From Candidatus Saccharibacteria bacterium CG2_30_41_52 (GTDB lineage Bacteria > Patescibacteriota > Saccharimonadia > Saccharimonadales > Saccharimonadaceae), in contig MNZN01000012.1 in assembly GCA_001873625.1 (NCBI GenBank), forward strand, positions 12,712 to 76,711: DNA of 64,000 nucleotides. The letters run 5' to 3'. Below the pieces are notes generated by a model. It was not told where the DNA came from and did no database searches. It saw only the letters and a list, made by a program, of their open reading frames with translations. This document shows, piece after piece, positions 43,757-54,621 of the stretch. A program made the translations under genes and the position numbers. The stretch's first letter is position 1; every line of letters begins with the position of its first letter.

Positions 43757-43900
43757 GTAACTTCTGCCCTCGAACCAGTAACTCGCCAGCTTGTTTGGCG
43801 ATAGTTACTAGTTCGGCGTAGCGAAGAAACAAAAAATAGCTTGCTCATTTTTGTGACTGAGCGGAGGAGCCGAAGGCAATGTCCAGTCACTTATCAATTA

Positions 43901-44350
43901 TTACGTTTTAGATTGAGTTTTCAGATAATCAACCAGCCGCGCTTTCATAGAAACATGCGCACCATTTAACCCTAACACCTTCAATGCACCGACTAAAACG
44001 TATAGTTCGTCTAGCGCTTCGGGACTGCGTGTATTTTCAAAACTATTAAATTTATCGTTTACGGCGTTAATCAACCACTTTTCTTGTGCAGGGCTAGGAC
44101 CTTTTTTGGTTGGGACGTCATCAAAATGAGTCGTAACTACCTCGAGCGATCTGGCTGAACGATCACGTTTTTGTAAATACCCCTTGGCCATCAGCCCATC
44201 AATATGTACTGCAACAGTTGAAACAGATTTATAACCTAATGCGCGCATAATTTCACGATAGCTTGGACCATACCCATGACCTTGAATAAAAGTATCAACA
44301 AAATTCAACAATTCTCGTTGACGTTTACTAGACCGTACTTTATCTGTCAT
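43901..44350 (-). CDS. LexA-type winged-helix DNA-binding protein lacking the S24 peptidase domain
   Basis: N-terminus RQRELLNFVDTFIQGHGYGPSYREIMRALGYKSVSTVAVHIDGLMAKGYLQKR matches the LexA DNA-binding domain. The remaining roughly 75 aa are helical, with no GDSM or Ser-Lys dyad block. Confidence 0.6.
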   Translation of the reverse strand: MTDKVRSSKRQRELLNFVDTFIQGHGYGPSYREIMRALGYKSVSTVAVHIDGLMAKGYLQKRDRSARSLEVVTTHFDDVPTKKGPSPAQEKWLINAVNDKFNSFENTRSPEALDELYVLVGALKVLGLNGAHVSMKARLVDYLKTQSKT

Positions 44351-45678
44351 ATTTTCTCTGCATTTCTATTACCTACTATATATGACCTACTGCCTACCGC
44401 AATCCCTGCCAGCCCCCACCAGATAATCGACAAAGTATCGTCAACCCAAACCGGCAGCAACAGACCAATTAATGCCAGACCAATACCACTTGTAAATAGG
44501 CCTAATACAAACCAGTCTTTTCGTAATCTCCATAAACCAGCCATTACCATGCCAAATATAGCCACAAAATAGACTAATCCCAACCATCCAGCTTCGTGCG
44601 CTGTAAACAGATATTGATTTTCAATTATTGTTGGCTGGCTTCCAAATAATGACGCTGACCCAGTACTGCCAATTCCATCGCCCAACGGTTGACGAACCAT
44701 CTGTCCAAAACCATCTTGTAACGAACTAATATGTCCCTCGTTTGAGTTTTCACTGCTGCCACCATTTGGATTCTCGTGCAATATAACATTCGACACAAAT
44801 GATGAGTTATTTAATGCCAAATAACTGCCGACCGCGACAATTAAAACTGCGGCAATCGCAAACCAAGGCTTAAATAATATCTTATTTTTCACAGTCACTA
44901 CAGTCAATACAATAGCAATCGCAACGCTGGTTCCAATCAGTGCACTCCGTGAATAACTAGACCATAATGCGACCAACCCACCAACAGATAGGATACTAAC
45001 CAAAACTAAGGTTAATTTGTTCTTTTTGACCTTTCGACTGGCAACTGCAGCGACTATCAAAGTCAGTACCATACCAGCATATGCACCTAATGGGTTAGGG
45101 CCCCTAAATGTGCTGTTTATACGAATAAAATCTTGGTTTTGGTCAACTGCCAGATACGGACTAATTGTATTAATATTGTAACCAATATATTTCAATACAT
45201 CTTTTGGTAACAAGAAAATCTGCAACAGCGCGAATATCAATACTACCAATGCACCGGCTATACCAACCCGTATAAACATTTGATGATATTTTGGATATAA
45301 TCGCATCGCCAAATAAACCAGGCTAAAATAAAACACATAACGCAAATCAATTGCCAAACCAGCCAAACTAGACGCTAGCCCTGTGGGTTTATAAGCCAAT
45401 AACACCAGATGTAGCACCGCATAAGCACAGATTAATATCACAATTGGGTCACGCAAAATCTTGAATTGTTTAGTTTTATATAATGTAATCAATAATATAA
45501 CCCCAGCAACCAACATCAAAATTTCTTTCCAAGATTTAATCAACAAATCATAATCTGGCCACAAAGTACCAAAACCAACACTTATCGGAGCATGTAAAAT
45601 AATGCCACCAAATATAACCAACAAAATACTGATGTATATTTTTTCTAGTGTATTGCTTTGAGTTTTGCTAACTACCAT
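44347..45678 (-). CDS. O-antigen ligase/polymerase-like (Wzy_C-type) polytopic membrane protein
   Basis: About 10-12 TM helices with the central block ALWSSYSRSALIGTSVA. ATGA overlap with the downstream LexA-like gene. Confidence 0.6.
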   Translation of the reverse strand: MVVSKTQSNTLEKIYISILLVIFGGIILHAPISVGFGTLWPDYDLLIKSWKEILMLVAGVILLITLYKTKQFKILRDPIVILICAYAVLHLVLLAYKPTGLASSLAGLAIDLRYVFYFSLVYLAMRLYPKYHQMFIRVGIAGALVVLIFALLQIFLLPKDVLKYIGYNINTISPYLAVDQNQDFIRINSTFRGPNPLGAYAGMVLTLIVAAVASRKVKKNKLTLVLVSILSVGGLVALWSSYSRSALIGTSVAIAIVLTVVTVKNKILFKPWFAIAAVLIVAVGSYLALNNSSFVSNVILHENPNGGSSENSNEGHISSLQDGFGQMVRQPLGDGIGSTGSASLFGSQPTIIENQYLFTAHEAGWLGLVYFVAIFGMVMAGLWRLRKDWFVLGLFTSGIGLALIGLLLPVWVDDTLSIIWWGLAGIAVGSRSYIVGNRNAEKI

Positions 45679-45734
45679 CTGCTAACTACTATATACCATT
45701 TAACAACCCCAAAGATGTTATAATTAGCTTACTT

Positions 45735-47171
45735 ATGCCAGGCAAAAACACCAAATTTTACAGTCTTATACTAATAATTATAGACACTTTTGTACTGATT
45801 GGGGCTTTTACGATTGCTTACATCGCCCGTGTTCAATATGACCCACGTCCACTTTTGACCAATGTCCATGCCTATGATTACCTGAGGGCATTTATATTTA
45901 TTATTCCTTTTTGGATTTTAGTGTTTGCAATGTTGGGTTTATATCAGTCTGGTACTTATAACCGACGACTAGTTGAATGGGCAAAGATTGCGCTAGGTAC
46001 ATTTATTGGGATTTTGCTGGTTATTGGTTGGCAATACGCCAGTGGCGACGATATATTACCAGCACGTCTGGTCGCGGTTTATGGTATGTTGGCAGCATTT
46101 GGATTGATAGTTTTTGAACGAGAAGTAATGCGTTTGTCGCGCAGCATGATGTTCCGATACGGTAGGGGCGTAAACAGAGTACTATTAATTGGCACCACAG
46201 ATGCCACTAGTGATATCGCTCGTAATCTGGCTAACACGGTTAAAAGTGGTTACGAAATTATTGCTATTGCTGGCCCAAAGAAAATTGTTCCACCAGAACT
46301 TAACGTTCGTCATTATTCATTAGTCGAATCAGCGCTGCTGGATATAAAACTTAACAAGATTACTGCGATTATTCAGACTGATTTATATAATTCAACTGAA
46401 CGCAATCAAAAAATTTTAGGTGCTGCTCAATCACATCATATTGGGTATAGTTTTATCCCGGGTGAAGCAGAGTTTTATTCGGGCAAAAATACTGTCGATG
46501 TATTTTTGGGCTATCCAATAATAACTGTTCATCAGACGCCGTTAGTTGGTTGGGGCGCAATAATTAAGCGTATATTCGATTTCGTCGTTAGCCTAATTTT
46601 GCTAGTTATTTTGTCGCCAGTTTTACTGGTGATTTATATAATAAAAAAAAATGCGGACCCAGGGCCAGCTTTTTACATTAGTAAACGCCTAAGCCGTTTT
46701 TCGGAACCAATTGATTTGATTAAATTCCGCAGTATGGATGCTAAATATGGCAGTCGTGATGCCGCTGACGAGTTTCACCAAATGGGGCGTGATGATCTAG
46801 CGCGCGAATACGAAAAAAATCGTAAGGTAGAAAACGACCCACGCATTACCCGTATTGGAAAATTCTTGCGTGATACATCATTAGACGAACTGCCTCAGAT
46901 ATTAAATGTTATCAAAGGTGATTTAAGCCTAGTTGGTCCACGACCAATCTTGCCTCAAGAAACCAAATTAGCGCATGGACGCACAGCATTGTTACACAGT
47001 GTTAAATCTGGCGTAACTGGTATGTGGCAGGTATCAGGTCGTAGTGAATTGACGTTTGATGAGCGAATTGAATTGGAGCTGTTTTACGCTCAGAACTGGA
47101 CTTTCTGGCTAGATATAAAAATCTTGTTTAAGACGGTAGGCGTTGTTTTGCGTAAACGCGGAGCGAAATAG
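45735..47171 (+). CDS. polyprenyl glycosylphosphotransferase (WbaP/EpsB-type priming sugar transferase)
   Basis: N-terminal TM helices and a central Rossmann-like region. C-terminal bacterial sugar-transferase block PRITRIGKFLRDTSLDELPQILNVIKGDLSLVGPRP. Confidence 0.85.
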   Translation: MPGKNTKFYSLILIIIDTFVLIGAFTIAYIARVQYDPRPLLTNVHAYDYLRAFIFIIPFWILVFAMLGLYQSGTYNRRLVEWAKIALGTFIGILLVIGWQYASGDDILPARLVAVYGMLAAFGLIVFEREVMRLSRSMMFRYGRGVNRVLLIGTTDATSDIARNLANTVKSGYEIIAIAGPKKIVPPELNVRHYSLVESALLDIKLNKITAIIQTDLYNSTERNQKILGAAQSHHIGYSFIPGEAEFYSGKNTVDVFLGYPIITVHQTPLVGWGAIIKRIFDFVVSLILLVILSPVLLVIYIIKKNADPGPAFYISKRLSRFSEPIDLIKFRSMDAKYGSRDAADEFHQMGRDDLAREYEKNRKVENDPRITRIGKFLRDTSLDELPQILNVIKGDLSLVGPRPILPQETKLAHGRTALLHSVKSGVTGMWQVSGRSELTFDERIELELFYAQNWTFWLDIKILFKTVGVVLRKRGAK

Positions 47172-48290
47172 GTGAAAAATCCAAAGATTGTCATTGTCCA
47201 TGATTGGCTAACCAATATGGGCGGTGCCGAGAATGTAGTTTTGGCTATGCATGAGGCCTTTCCGTATGCTCCGATTTACACATCAACATTTACGCCCGAA
47301 AATATGCCAGCGTTTAAGGGTTTGGACGTTAGAATGACATCATTACAAAATCTGCCAAAGCCGCTGCGTAAACTTCACAAGTTCTTTCCAATGTTGCGCG
47401 CTAAAGCATTCCAAAAACTAGATTTGTCTGAATTCGACATAATTATCAGCAGTTCTAGCGCTGAATCAAAACAGATCCGTAAAACCAGCGGTAATCAAAT
47501 CCACATCTGTTATTGCCATACACCAATTCGATATTATTGGAGTCATTACAATGAATACAAGGCCGACCCTGGTTTTGGAAAACTCAATTGGCTAGTTCGT
47601 CTAGCAATGCCATTGATGATTCCAGCACTTAAGAAATCTGACTACAAAGCTGCACAAAAGGTTGATATTTTTGTTGCTAACAGTACCGAAGTTCAAAAAC
47701 GTATTCAAAAGTATTACAACAGAAATTCAACTGTAGTTCACCCGCCAGTTGATGTTGATCGTTTTGAACCAGCAAGGGAACGTGGTGATTATTATGTCGC
47801 ACTAGGCCGTCAGGTGCCGTACAAGCGTGTTGATTTAGCAGTTATGGCCGCAAATCGACTTGGTATAAAACTTCGCGTGTATGGCAGTGGCAGCGAGCAT
47901 CAAAAACTAGTTGAAATGGCTGGGCCAACAATTCAGTTTTTTACTGACAGATTTGGCGATGCATCAAATAATGCGGTAACGGCAGCTTTAAATAGTGCAA
48001 AGGGCTACATTTTCCCGGCCGAAGAGGACTTTGGAATTGTTGAAGTCGAAGCTTTGGCTGCTGGTGCGCCAGTAATTGCATTTGGCAAAGGTGGTGCATT
48101 GGATATTGTTCAGGACGGTGAAAGCGGAGTATTGTTTCATGAACAATCAGTCGAGTCGGTGGTTGATGCGATTAAACGTGCTGATAAAATAAATTTTTTG
48201 CCCGGCACACTACGTCGCAAGGCAAAAAGATTTGACAAAAGCTTATTTATTTCAAAAATTCACAAAATTATCTCTGATCAAATAATATAA
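47172..48290 (+). CDS. GT4-family (GT-B fold) glycosyltransferase
   Basis: EX7E region FPAEEDFGIVEVEALAAGAPVIAFGKGG. Confidence 0.8.
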   Translation: MKNPKIVIVHDWLTNMGGAENVVLAMHEAFPYAPIYTSTFTPENMPAFKGLDVRMTSLQNLPKPLRKLHKFFPMLRAKAFQKLDLSEFDIIISSSSAESKQIRKTSGNQIHICYCHTPIRYYWSHYNEYKADPGFGKLNWLVRLAMPLMIPALKKSDYKAAQKVDIFVANSTEVQKRIQKYYNRNSTVVHPPVDVDRFEPARERGDYYVALGRQVPYKRVDLAVMAANRLGIKLRVYGSGSEHQKLVEMAGPTIQFFTDRFGDASNNAVTAALNSAKGYIFPAEEDFGIVEVEALAAGAPVIAFGKGGALDIVQDGESGVLFHEQSVESVVDAIKRADKINFLPGTLRRKAKRFDKSLFISKIHKIISDQII

Positions 48291-48352
48291 AAATTATAAA
48301 TCCCCACCTCACTATCGTTAATAGAAAACCATATTAAAACATCTATTTTTAA

Positions 48353-49073
48353 TTTGCGAGGATAAACCTTGCAAATTATTTTGTAAGTGTATAATAAGCT
48401 TATGCCAAGCCGTAACGTTGTAAAGATTGACATACCTAACACTTTTTATCATGTATATGCACGAGGACATAACAAGGGGTTAATTTTTCGTGACGACGAG
48501 GATTATAGAGTGTTTTTAAATCTACTCAAACGATACCTAGATATCATAATCATAAATAACTCGAGTGGCCGACCCTATGCAAATCTATATGGACAGATCG
48601 AACTTAATTGTTATTGTTTGATGCCAAATCATTTTCATCTGTTACTATATCAAATCAATGAACATGCGATGACACAATTAATGAGGTTTATTATGACTGG
48701 CTATAGTCGATATTTTAATAAAAAGTACGAATTATCGGGCGCTTTGTTTGAGACAACATATAAAGCCTCAATAATTTCGATAAATAAGTATCTAATTCAT
48801 ATCTCTCGTTATATTCACATCAACCCCAAAGACTGGCGCACATATAAGTATTCAAGCCTTACGTATTACCTAGCCAAAACCCCACCAGAATGGCTACAAA
48901 CAAAAAGAATCATAGAACTCTTTTCATCGCCTAATGAATACGAATTATTTATTGCTGATTATGAAGACTACAAATATACACTTGACGATATCAAACACGA
49001 ACTAGCCAATAAATAACTCAAAAAAACACATTTATAACACATTATTTAAATTTGCGAGGATAAACCTCGCAAA
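48353..49073 (+). mobile_element. IS200/RAYT-like unit: Y1 (HUH) transposase flanked by two same-strand copies of a 23-nt hairpin
   Basis: TTTGCGAGG-ataaa-CCTTGCAAA at 48353-48375 and TTTGCGAGG-ataaa-CCTCGCAAA at 49051-49073. Both are preceded by a similar ATTT..AA context. Confidence 0.65.
48402..49016 (+). CDS. IS200-like / REP-associated tyrosine (Y1, HUH) transposase
   Basis: FYHVYARGHNKGLIFRDDEDY, HUH motif MPNHFHLLLY, and catalytic Tyr context SRYIHINP. Confidence 0.75.
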   Translation: MPSRNVVKIDIPNTFYHVYARGHNKGLIFRDDEDYRVFLNLLKRYLDIIIINNSSGRPYANLYGQIELNCYCLMPNHFHLLLYQINEHAMTQLMRFIMTGYSRYFNKKYELSGALFETTYKASIISINKYLIHISRYIHINPKDWRTYKYSSLTYYLAKTPPEWLQTKRIIELFSSPNEYELFIADYEDYKYTLDDIKHELANK

Positions 49074-49108
49074 GTTCATACAACCTACTAACTACAATCT
49101 ACAAAACA

Positions 49109-50149
49109 TCACGCCTGTAATTTTTTGGCGATTTCACCAGTCCTATGACTAACATCTTTTCGCGATACCAAAATACCATCAGGCGTATTTACTACCACAA
49201 CATTGTCCAAACCAATCACTGCAATTGGTTTGTCTTCTTCGTTGCGGATATAAACATTTGTACTATCCAAAACATGAATATTTTCACCACTAAAATAATT
49301 ACCAATTTCATCCTTCGGCACAACATCATGTAAATCTTTGAATGACCCTACGTCCATCCAGTCAAAGTTGGCTGCAACAACGGCTAGGCTTTTGGCTTTT
49401 TCGATTAAGGCAATATCAATTACTTGGTTATCTAATGCCAAATAAGTTTCTTTATATTTATCCGATCCAACTTTGGCAATTGACGCCAAACTTTCAAAAC
49501 TTTTCAACAAATCGGGCGCACTAAGTCGCATTTCACTCAAGAAAGTGTTAACTGAACCAACGAAATAGCCACAGTTCCACAAATAATCACCCGATTCGAC
49601 ATATTTCTTAGCCGTCTCAAAATCAGGTTTCTCTTTAAATGATTCAACGTTAAACACACCTTCATTCGCACTAATAACACCGTCGCGTTTAATATATCCA
49701 AATCCTGTTGATGGAAATGTTGGTTCGATACCGATTAGCGTAATCTGATTATCTTTTTGTGATACTTTGGCAGCCTTTGCAAATGATCGTGCAAATCCAC
49801 CGATATCTCGAACATGATGATCTGAGTGTATAAACGCAACTGGTTCGTCATGATCATGTTTGCGCGCAATAACATCCAACGCAAAAACAATACAATGCGC
49901 TGTACCACGTCGTCCTGGTTCAATCAAAAAAGCCGACTCAGGTAATTCTGGCAATTGTTTACGAATATGGTCTGAATGACTTGCCTCGGTAACTACATAA
50001 ATCGTATCACCTATTTTTAATGCCCTGTCATAGGCTGTTTGTAATAATGTTCGCTCACCAGTTAATTTTAATAAGTGTTTTGGATACTGTGGAGTTGAGA
50101 GTGGCCATAGGCGAGTCCCCGACCCACCGGCAATAATAACCGTAATCAT
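49109..50149 (-). CDS. manC: mannose-1-phosphate guanylyltransferase-like nucleotidyltransferase (no C-terminal isomerase domain)
   Basis: VIIAGGSGTRLWPLS N-terminus and GYIKRDG, IEKP-like FKEKPD, and NCGYFV blocks. Confidence 0.7.
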   Translation of the reverse strand: MITVIIAGGSGTRLWPLSTPQYPKHLLKLTGERTLLQTAYDRALKIGDTIYVVTEASHSDHIRKQLPELPESAFLIEPGRRGTAHCIVFALDVIARKHDHDEPVAFIHSDHHVRDIGGFARSFAKAAKVSQKDNQITLIGIEPTFPSTGFGYIKRDGVISANEGVFNVESFKEKPDFETAKKYVESGDYLWNCGYFVGSVNTFLSEMRLSAPDLLKSFESLASIAKVGSDKYKETYLALDNQVIDIALIEKAKSLAVVAANFDWMDVGSFKDLHDVVPKDEIGNYFSGENIHVLDSTNVYIRNEEDKPIAVIGLDNVVVVNTPDGILVSRKDVSHRTGEIAKKLQA

Positions 50150-50224
50150 ATGACGCTATTATAACTCATGACACTAATCTACCCCACCCGTAGCGTCATT
50201 TTATAAAAAACACGCTATAATTAA

Positions 50225-51226
<1,002 letters not shown>

Positions 51227-51231
51227 TCTAT

Positions 51232-52665
51232 ATGTCAGAAAAAACAGGTGAATTAGAATTCAGCAAAGAACTAAAATTTCAAACAACTACTATCCCCGGT
51301 CTTTTAATCGCTGACTTGCCTGTTCATGGCGATGCGCGTGGTTGGTTCAAAGAAAACTGGCAAAATGAAAAAATGTCCAATCTGGGTTTACCCGAATTTG
51401 GACCAATTCAAAATAATATATCATTTAATGCCGAAAAAGGCGTAACACGTGGTATTCACGCTGAGCCATGGGATAAATATATTTCAGTTGGTGCTGGTCG
51501 GATATTTGGTGCTTGGGTAGATCTTCGGGTTGGTGATAGTTTTGGAAATGTCTTTACTGCCGAACTTGATCCAACCAAAGCTATATTTGTTCCACGTGGC
51601 GTTGGTAATTCTTTTCAAGCGCTCGAAGACAACACAGTTTATACGTATTTAGTAAATGAACATTGGTCAGCCGAAGCTCAATCTAAATATACATTTGTAA
51701 ACCTTGCAGATAAAACGATCGACATTAAATGGCCAATCCCTCTTGATCAGGCTAGCCTGTCCGACAAAGACAAGATTCATCCTGGCCTAGCTAATGTTAT
51801 ACCAATGAAACCTAAACGAACATTAATCACTGGATCAAACGGACAACTTGGTCGTGCATTGCAGATTGAATTCCCTGACGCCGAATTTACCGATTCAGTC
51901 GAACTGGATATAACCAGCAAAAACCTAGATTCTGCCAGACCATGGCGCCAATATGGCACTATTATCAATGCCGCCGCCTTTACAGCTGTCGACAAAGCCG
52001 AAACACCTGAAGATCGCCCAATTGCCTGGGAAATCAATGCTCGTGCAGTTGCCAACCTTGGTAAAATTGCTACTAAATACAGCATCACGTTGATTCATAT
52101 ATCTAGTGATTATGTTTTTGACGGAACAATTGATAACCACACCGAGGACGAAAAATTTAGTCCATCAGGAGTTTATGCCGAGGCTAAAGCAGCCGGCGAT
52201 ATCGCTGCAGCAATGGCTCCAAAACACTACATTATGCGCACCAGTTGGGTAATCGGTGAAGGAAATAACTTCGTCCGTACAATGAAATCCTTAGCTGGAC
52301 GCGACATTAAACCAAGCGTCGTCAACGACCAAATTGGCCGATTGACGTTTACTTCTGATCTAGCAAAAGGAATTAAACATTTAATAACCAACAAATCACC
52401 TTTTGGTACATACAATCTATCTGGTGATGGTAAACCTGCCAGTTGGGCCGAAATCGCAGCTGATGTTTACGAATTATCTGGACACGGTCGGGATGAGATA
52501 ACAGGCGTTTCAACCGAAGAGTACTATCGTGGCAAAGAAGGTATCGCGCCTCGCCCACTTCAAAGCACACTTAATCTTGATAAAATCAAATCAACAGGCT
52601 TTCAACCAGCAGATTGGCAACAATCATTGGCTGAATACTTAAAGAACGAGGAGGCAAAAAAGTGA
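51232..52665 (+). CDS. rfbCD: fused dTDP-4-dehydrorhamnose 3,5-epimerase / dTDP-4-dehydrorhamnose reductase
   Basis: The N-terminal 190 aa are cupin epimerase ([33 protein letters not shown]). The C-terminal 285 aa are an SDR reductase ([35 protein letters not shown]). Confidence 0.85.
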   Translation: MSEKTGELEFSKELKFQTTTIPGLLIADLPVHGDARGWFKENWQNEKMSNLGLPEFGPIQNNISFNAEKGVTRGIHAEPWDKYISVGAGRIFGAWVDLRVGDSFGNVFTAELDPTKAIFVPRGVGNSFQALEDNTVYTYLVNEHWSAEAQSKYTFVNLADKTIDIKWPIPLDQASLSDKDKIHPGLANVIPMKPKRTLITGSNGQLGRALQIEFPDAEFTDSVELDITSKNLDSARPWRQYGTIINAAAFTAVDKAETPEDRPIAWEINARAVANLGKIATKYSITLIHISSDYVFDGTIDNHTEDEKFSPSGVYAEAKAAGDIAAAMAPKHYIMRTSWVIGEGNNFVRTMKSLAGRDIKPSVVNDQIGRLTFTSDLAKGIKHLITNKSPFGTYNLSGDGKPASWAEIAADVYELSGHGRDEITGVSTEEYYRGKEGIAPRPLQSTLNLDKIKSTGFQPADWQQSLAEYLKNEEAKK

Positions 52666-53525
52666 AAGGTATAATTTTAGCAGGTGGTTCAGGCTCACGA
52701 CTTTGGCCAATAACTCAAGGTATTAGTAAACAGTTGATGCCAATTTATGACAAACCAATGATTTATTACCCCTTAACAACTTTGATGTTGTCTGGAATTA
52801 AAGACATTTTGATTATCACTACACCCGAAGACCAATCACAATTTCAACGCTTGTTAGGTGACGGTTCGCAGTGGGGTATTAAATTATCATACGAGGTTCA
52901 ACCATCACCCGATGGCCTAGCTCAAGCCTTTATTATTGGTGAAAAGTTTATTGGTCGTGACAAAGTCGCATTAGTCCTGGGCGACAATATATTCCACGGC
53001 AGCGACCTTGGCAAATCACTAAAGGGCTGCATTGATCCAAATGGAGGCACTGTGTTCGCATATCGCGTATCTGACCCCGAACGATACGGCGTGGTTGAAT
53101 TCGACAAGAATCACACTGCAATTTCGATCGAGGAAAAGCCAACCGATCCAAAATCTGATTATGCCGTAGTCGGACTTTATTATTACGATAATGATGTCGT
53201 CGGAATCGCAAAGAATGTCGAACCCAGTGAGCGCGGTGAATTAGAAATTACGTCTGTCAACGAAGAATATTTGAATCGCGGTAAATTGACGGTTACAACA
53301 CTTGATCGTAGTGATGTTTGGCTAGACACTGGGACTATCGACAGCATGACCGATGCTTCCGACTACGTCCGCGTAGTTCAAACCCGTACTGGCCAAATCA
53401 TCGGCAGTCCCGAAGAAGTTGCTTACCGCGAAGGTTTCATCACCCGCGACCAACTATCTGCCCTTGCTCAACCACTAAAAAAATCTGGTTACGGCGAATA
53501 CTTAATTGAACTAGTCAAAGAATAG
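52662..53525 (+). CDS. rfbA: glucose-1-phosphate thymidylyltransferase
   Basis: [43 protein letters not shown], and LGDNIF. Confidence 0.9.
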   Translation: MKGIILAGGSGSRLWPITQGISKQLMPIYDKPMIYYPLTTLMLSGIKDILIITTPEDQSQFQRLLGDGSQWGIKLSYEVQPSPDGLAQAFIIGEKFIGRDKVALVLGDNIFHGSDLGKSLKGCIDPNGGTVFAYRVSDPERYGVVEFDKNHTAISIEEKPTDPKSDYAVVGLYYYDNDVVGIAKNVEPSERGELEITSVNEEYLNRGKLTVTTLDRSDVWLDTGTIDSMTDASDYVRVVQTRTGQIIGSPEEVAYREGFITRDQLSALAQPLKKSGYGEYLIELVKE

Positions 53526-53533
53526 ATAATTGC

Positions 53534-54505
53534 TTATTTAAGCTTACGATGAGATAGACGTCGCAATTCTTCGTATGTTTTTTCTTGATTATTCAAAATA
53601 CGAACTTGCATGTCAGCCAAAATACCAAGCGACCACAAAAATATACCAAGTGTTATTAAATACAGACCAGTAAACCCAATGAATTTATATGGGGTAAATT
53701 CACCTGTGTTAAGCCAGTAAATACCCAAGAACAAATCACACGCCAGACCTACAAAGAATGGGACTGATCCAAGAATGATAAAGAACCTAAGCGGAGCAAA
53801 ATCCCTGAATGAACGTAATATGTTCATAATACTTAGAACCATATATTTTGGGATACTAGTAACAACGCGAGATTTGCGATCTTTGAAGTATTTCACTTCA
53901 ACTGGAATTGCCTTGATACGCATCTTGCGAGCCGCCAAGATCTGAAATGATTCCTGCGTATAAGTATGTGAGCCATTGATGTTTAGCGCATATAAAGCTT
54001 TTTGATTATATGCCCTAAAACCACAGGTTACATCTGGGAACTTTTCATCACTTAATTTACCGACAACCCACGCACCAACCTTGTTGCCATAGTATTTTAC
54101 AGGTGGCATATTAGCTGGTTTTCGAACTACACCAGTTTCAGCGTCAGTGAATCGATCAGCAGCTGTAAAATCAGCTTCATCTGCCACAATTGGGGCCACA
54201 AATTTTGAAATATCTTCAGGATTAAATTGTAAATCACCATCGATGTTTGTCATCGCATCAAAGCCACGTTCTAATACGATGTTAGTAATTTCACGAAACC
54301 TGAATGCCAAACCTCGTGATTTGTTATCCCCATAAACAGTTGCTCCCATTTTTGCCGCTAATTTGGCAGTATTATCAGTGCTGCCATCATTGACAATAAT
54401 GACTTCAATTGAAGACACACCTTTTATTTTTTTGGGCATTCTCCTAATTAGCTCTTCAATAGTCTTTTCTTCGTTTTTACAGATTGACACAATAGCAAGC
54501 TTCAT
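53534..54505 (-). CDS. GT2-family polyprenyl-phosphate glycosyltransferase (GtrB/ArnC-like) with two C-terminal TM helices
   Basis: SICKNEE, NDGSTDNT, DGDLQF (DxD), and C-terminal TM helices. Confidence 0.75.
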   Translation of the reverse strand: MKLAIVSICKNEEKTIEELIRRMPKKIKGVSSIEVIIVNDGSTDNTAKLAAKMGATVYGDNKSRGLAFRFREITNIVLERGFDAMTNIDGDLQFNPEDISKFVAPIVADEADFTAADRFTDAETGVVRKPANMPPVKYYGNKVGAWVVGKLSDEKFPDVTCGFRAYNQKALYALNINGSHTYTQESFQILAARKMRIKAIPVEVKYFKDRKSRVVTSIPKYMVLSIMNILRSFRDFAPLRFFIILGSVPFFVGLACDLFLGIYWLNTGEFTPYKFIGFTGLYLITLGIFLWSLGILADMQVRILNNQEKTYEELRRLSHRKLK

Positions 54506-54621
54506 AACACCTCCAATTTCCTATTTCGCAGTTTTTCTATATAATAGAAGTTGATAATAAAAACACTTCCATTTGATATACTTCCTATATCATATCAAGG
54601 AATAACTATAAGGTACAATTA

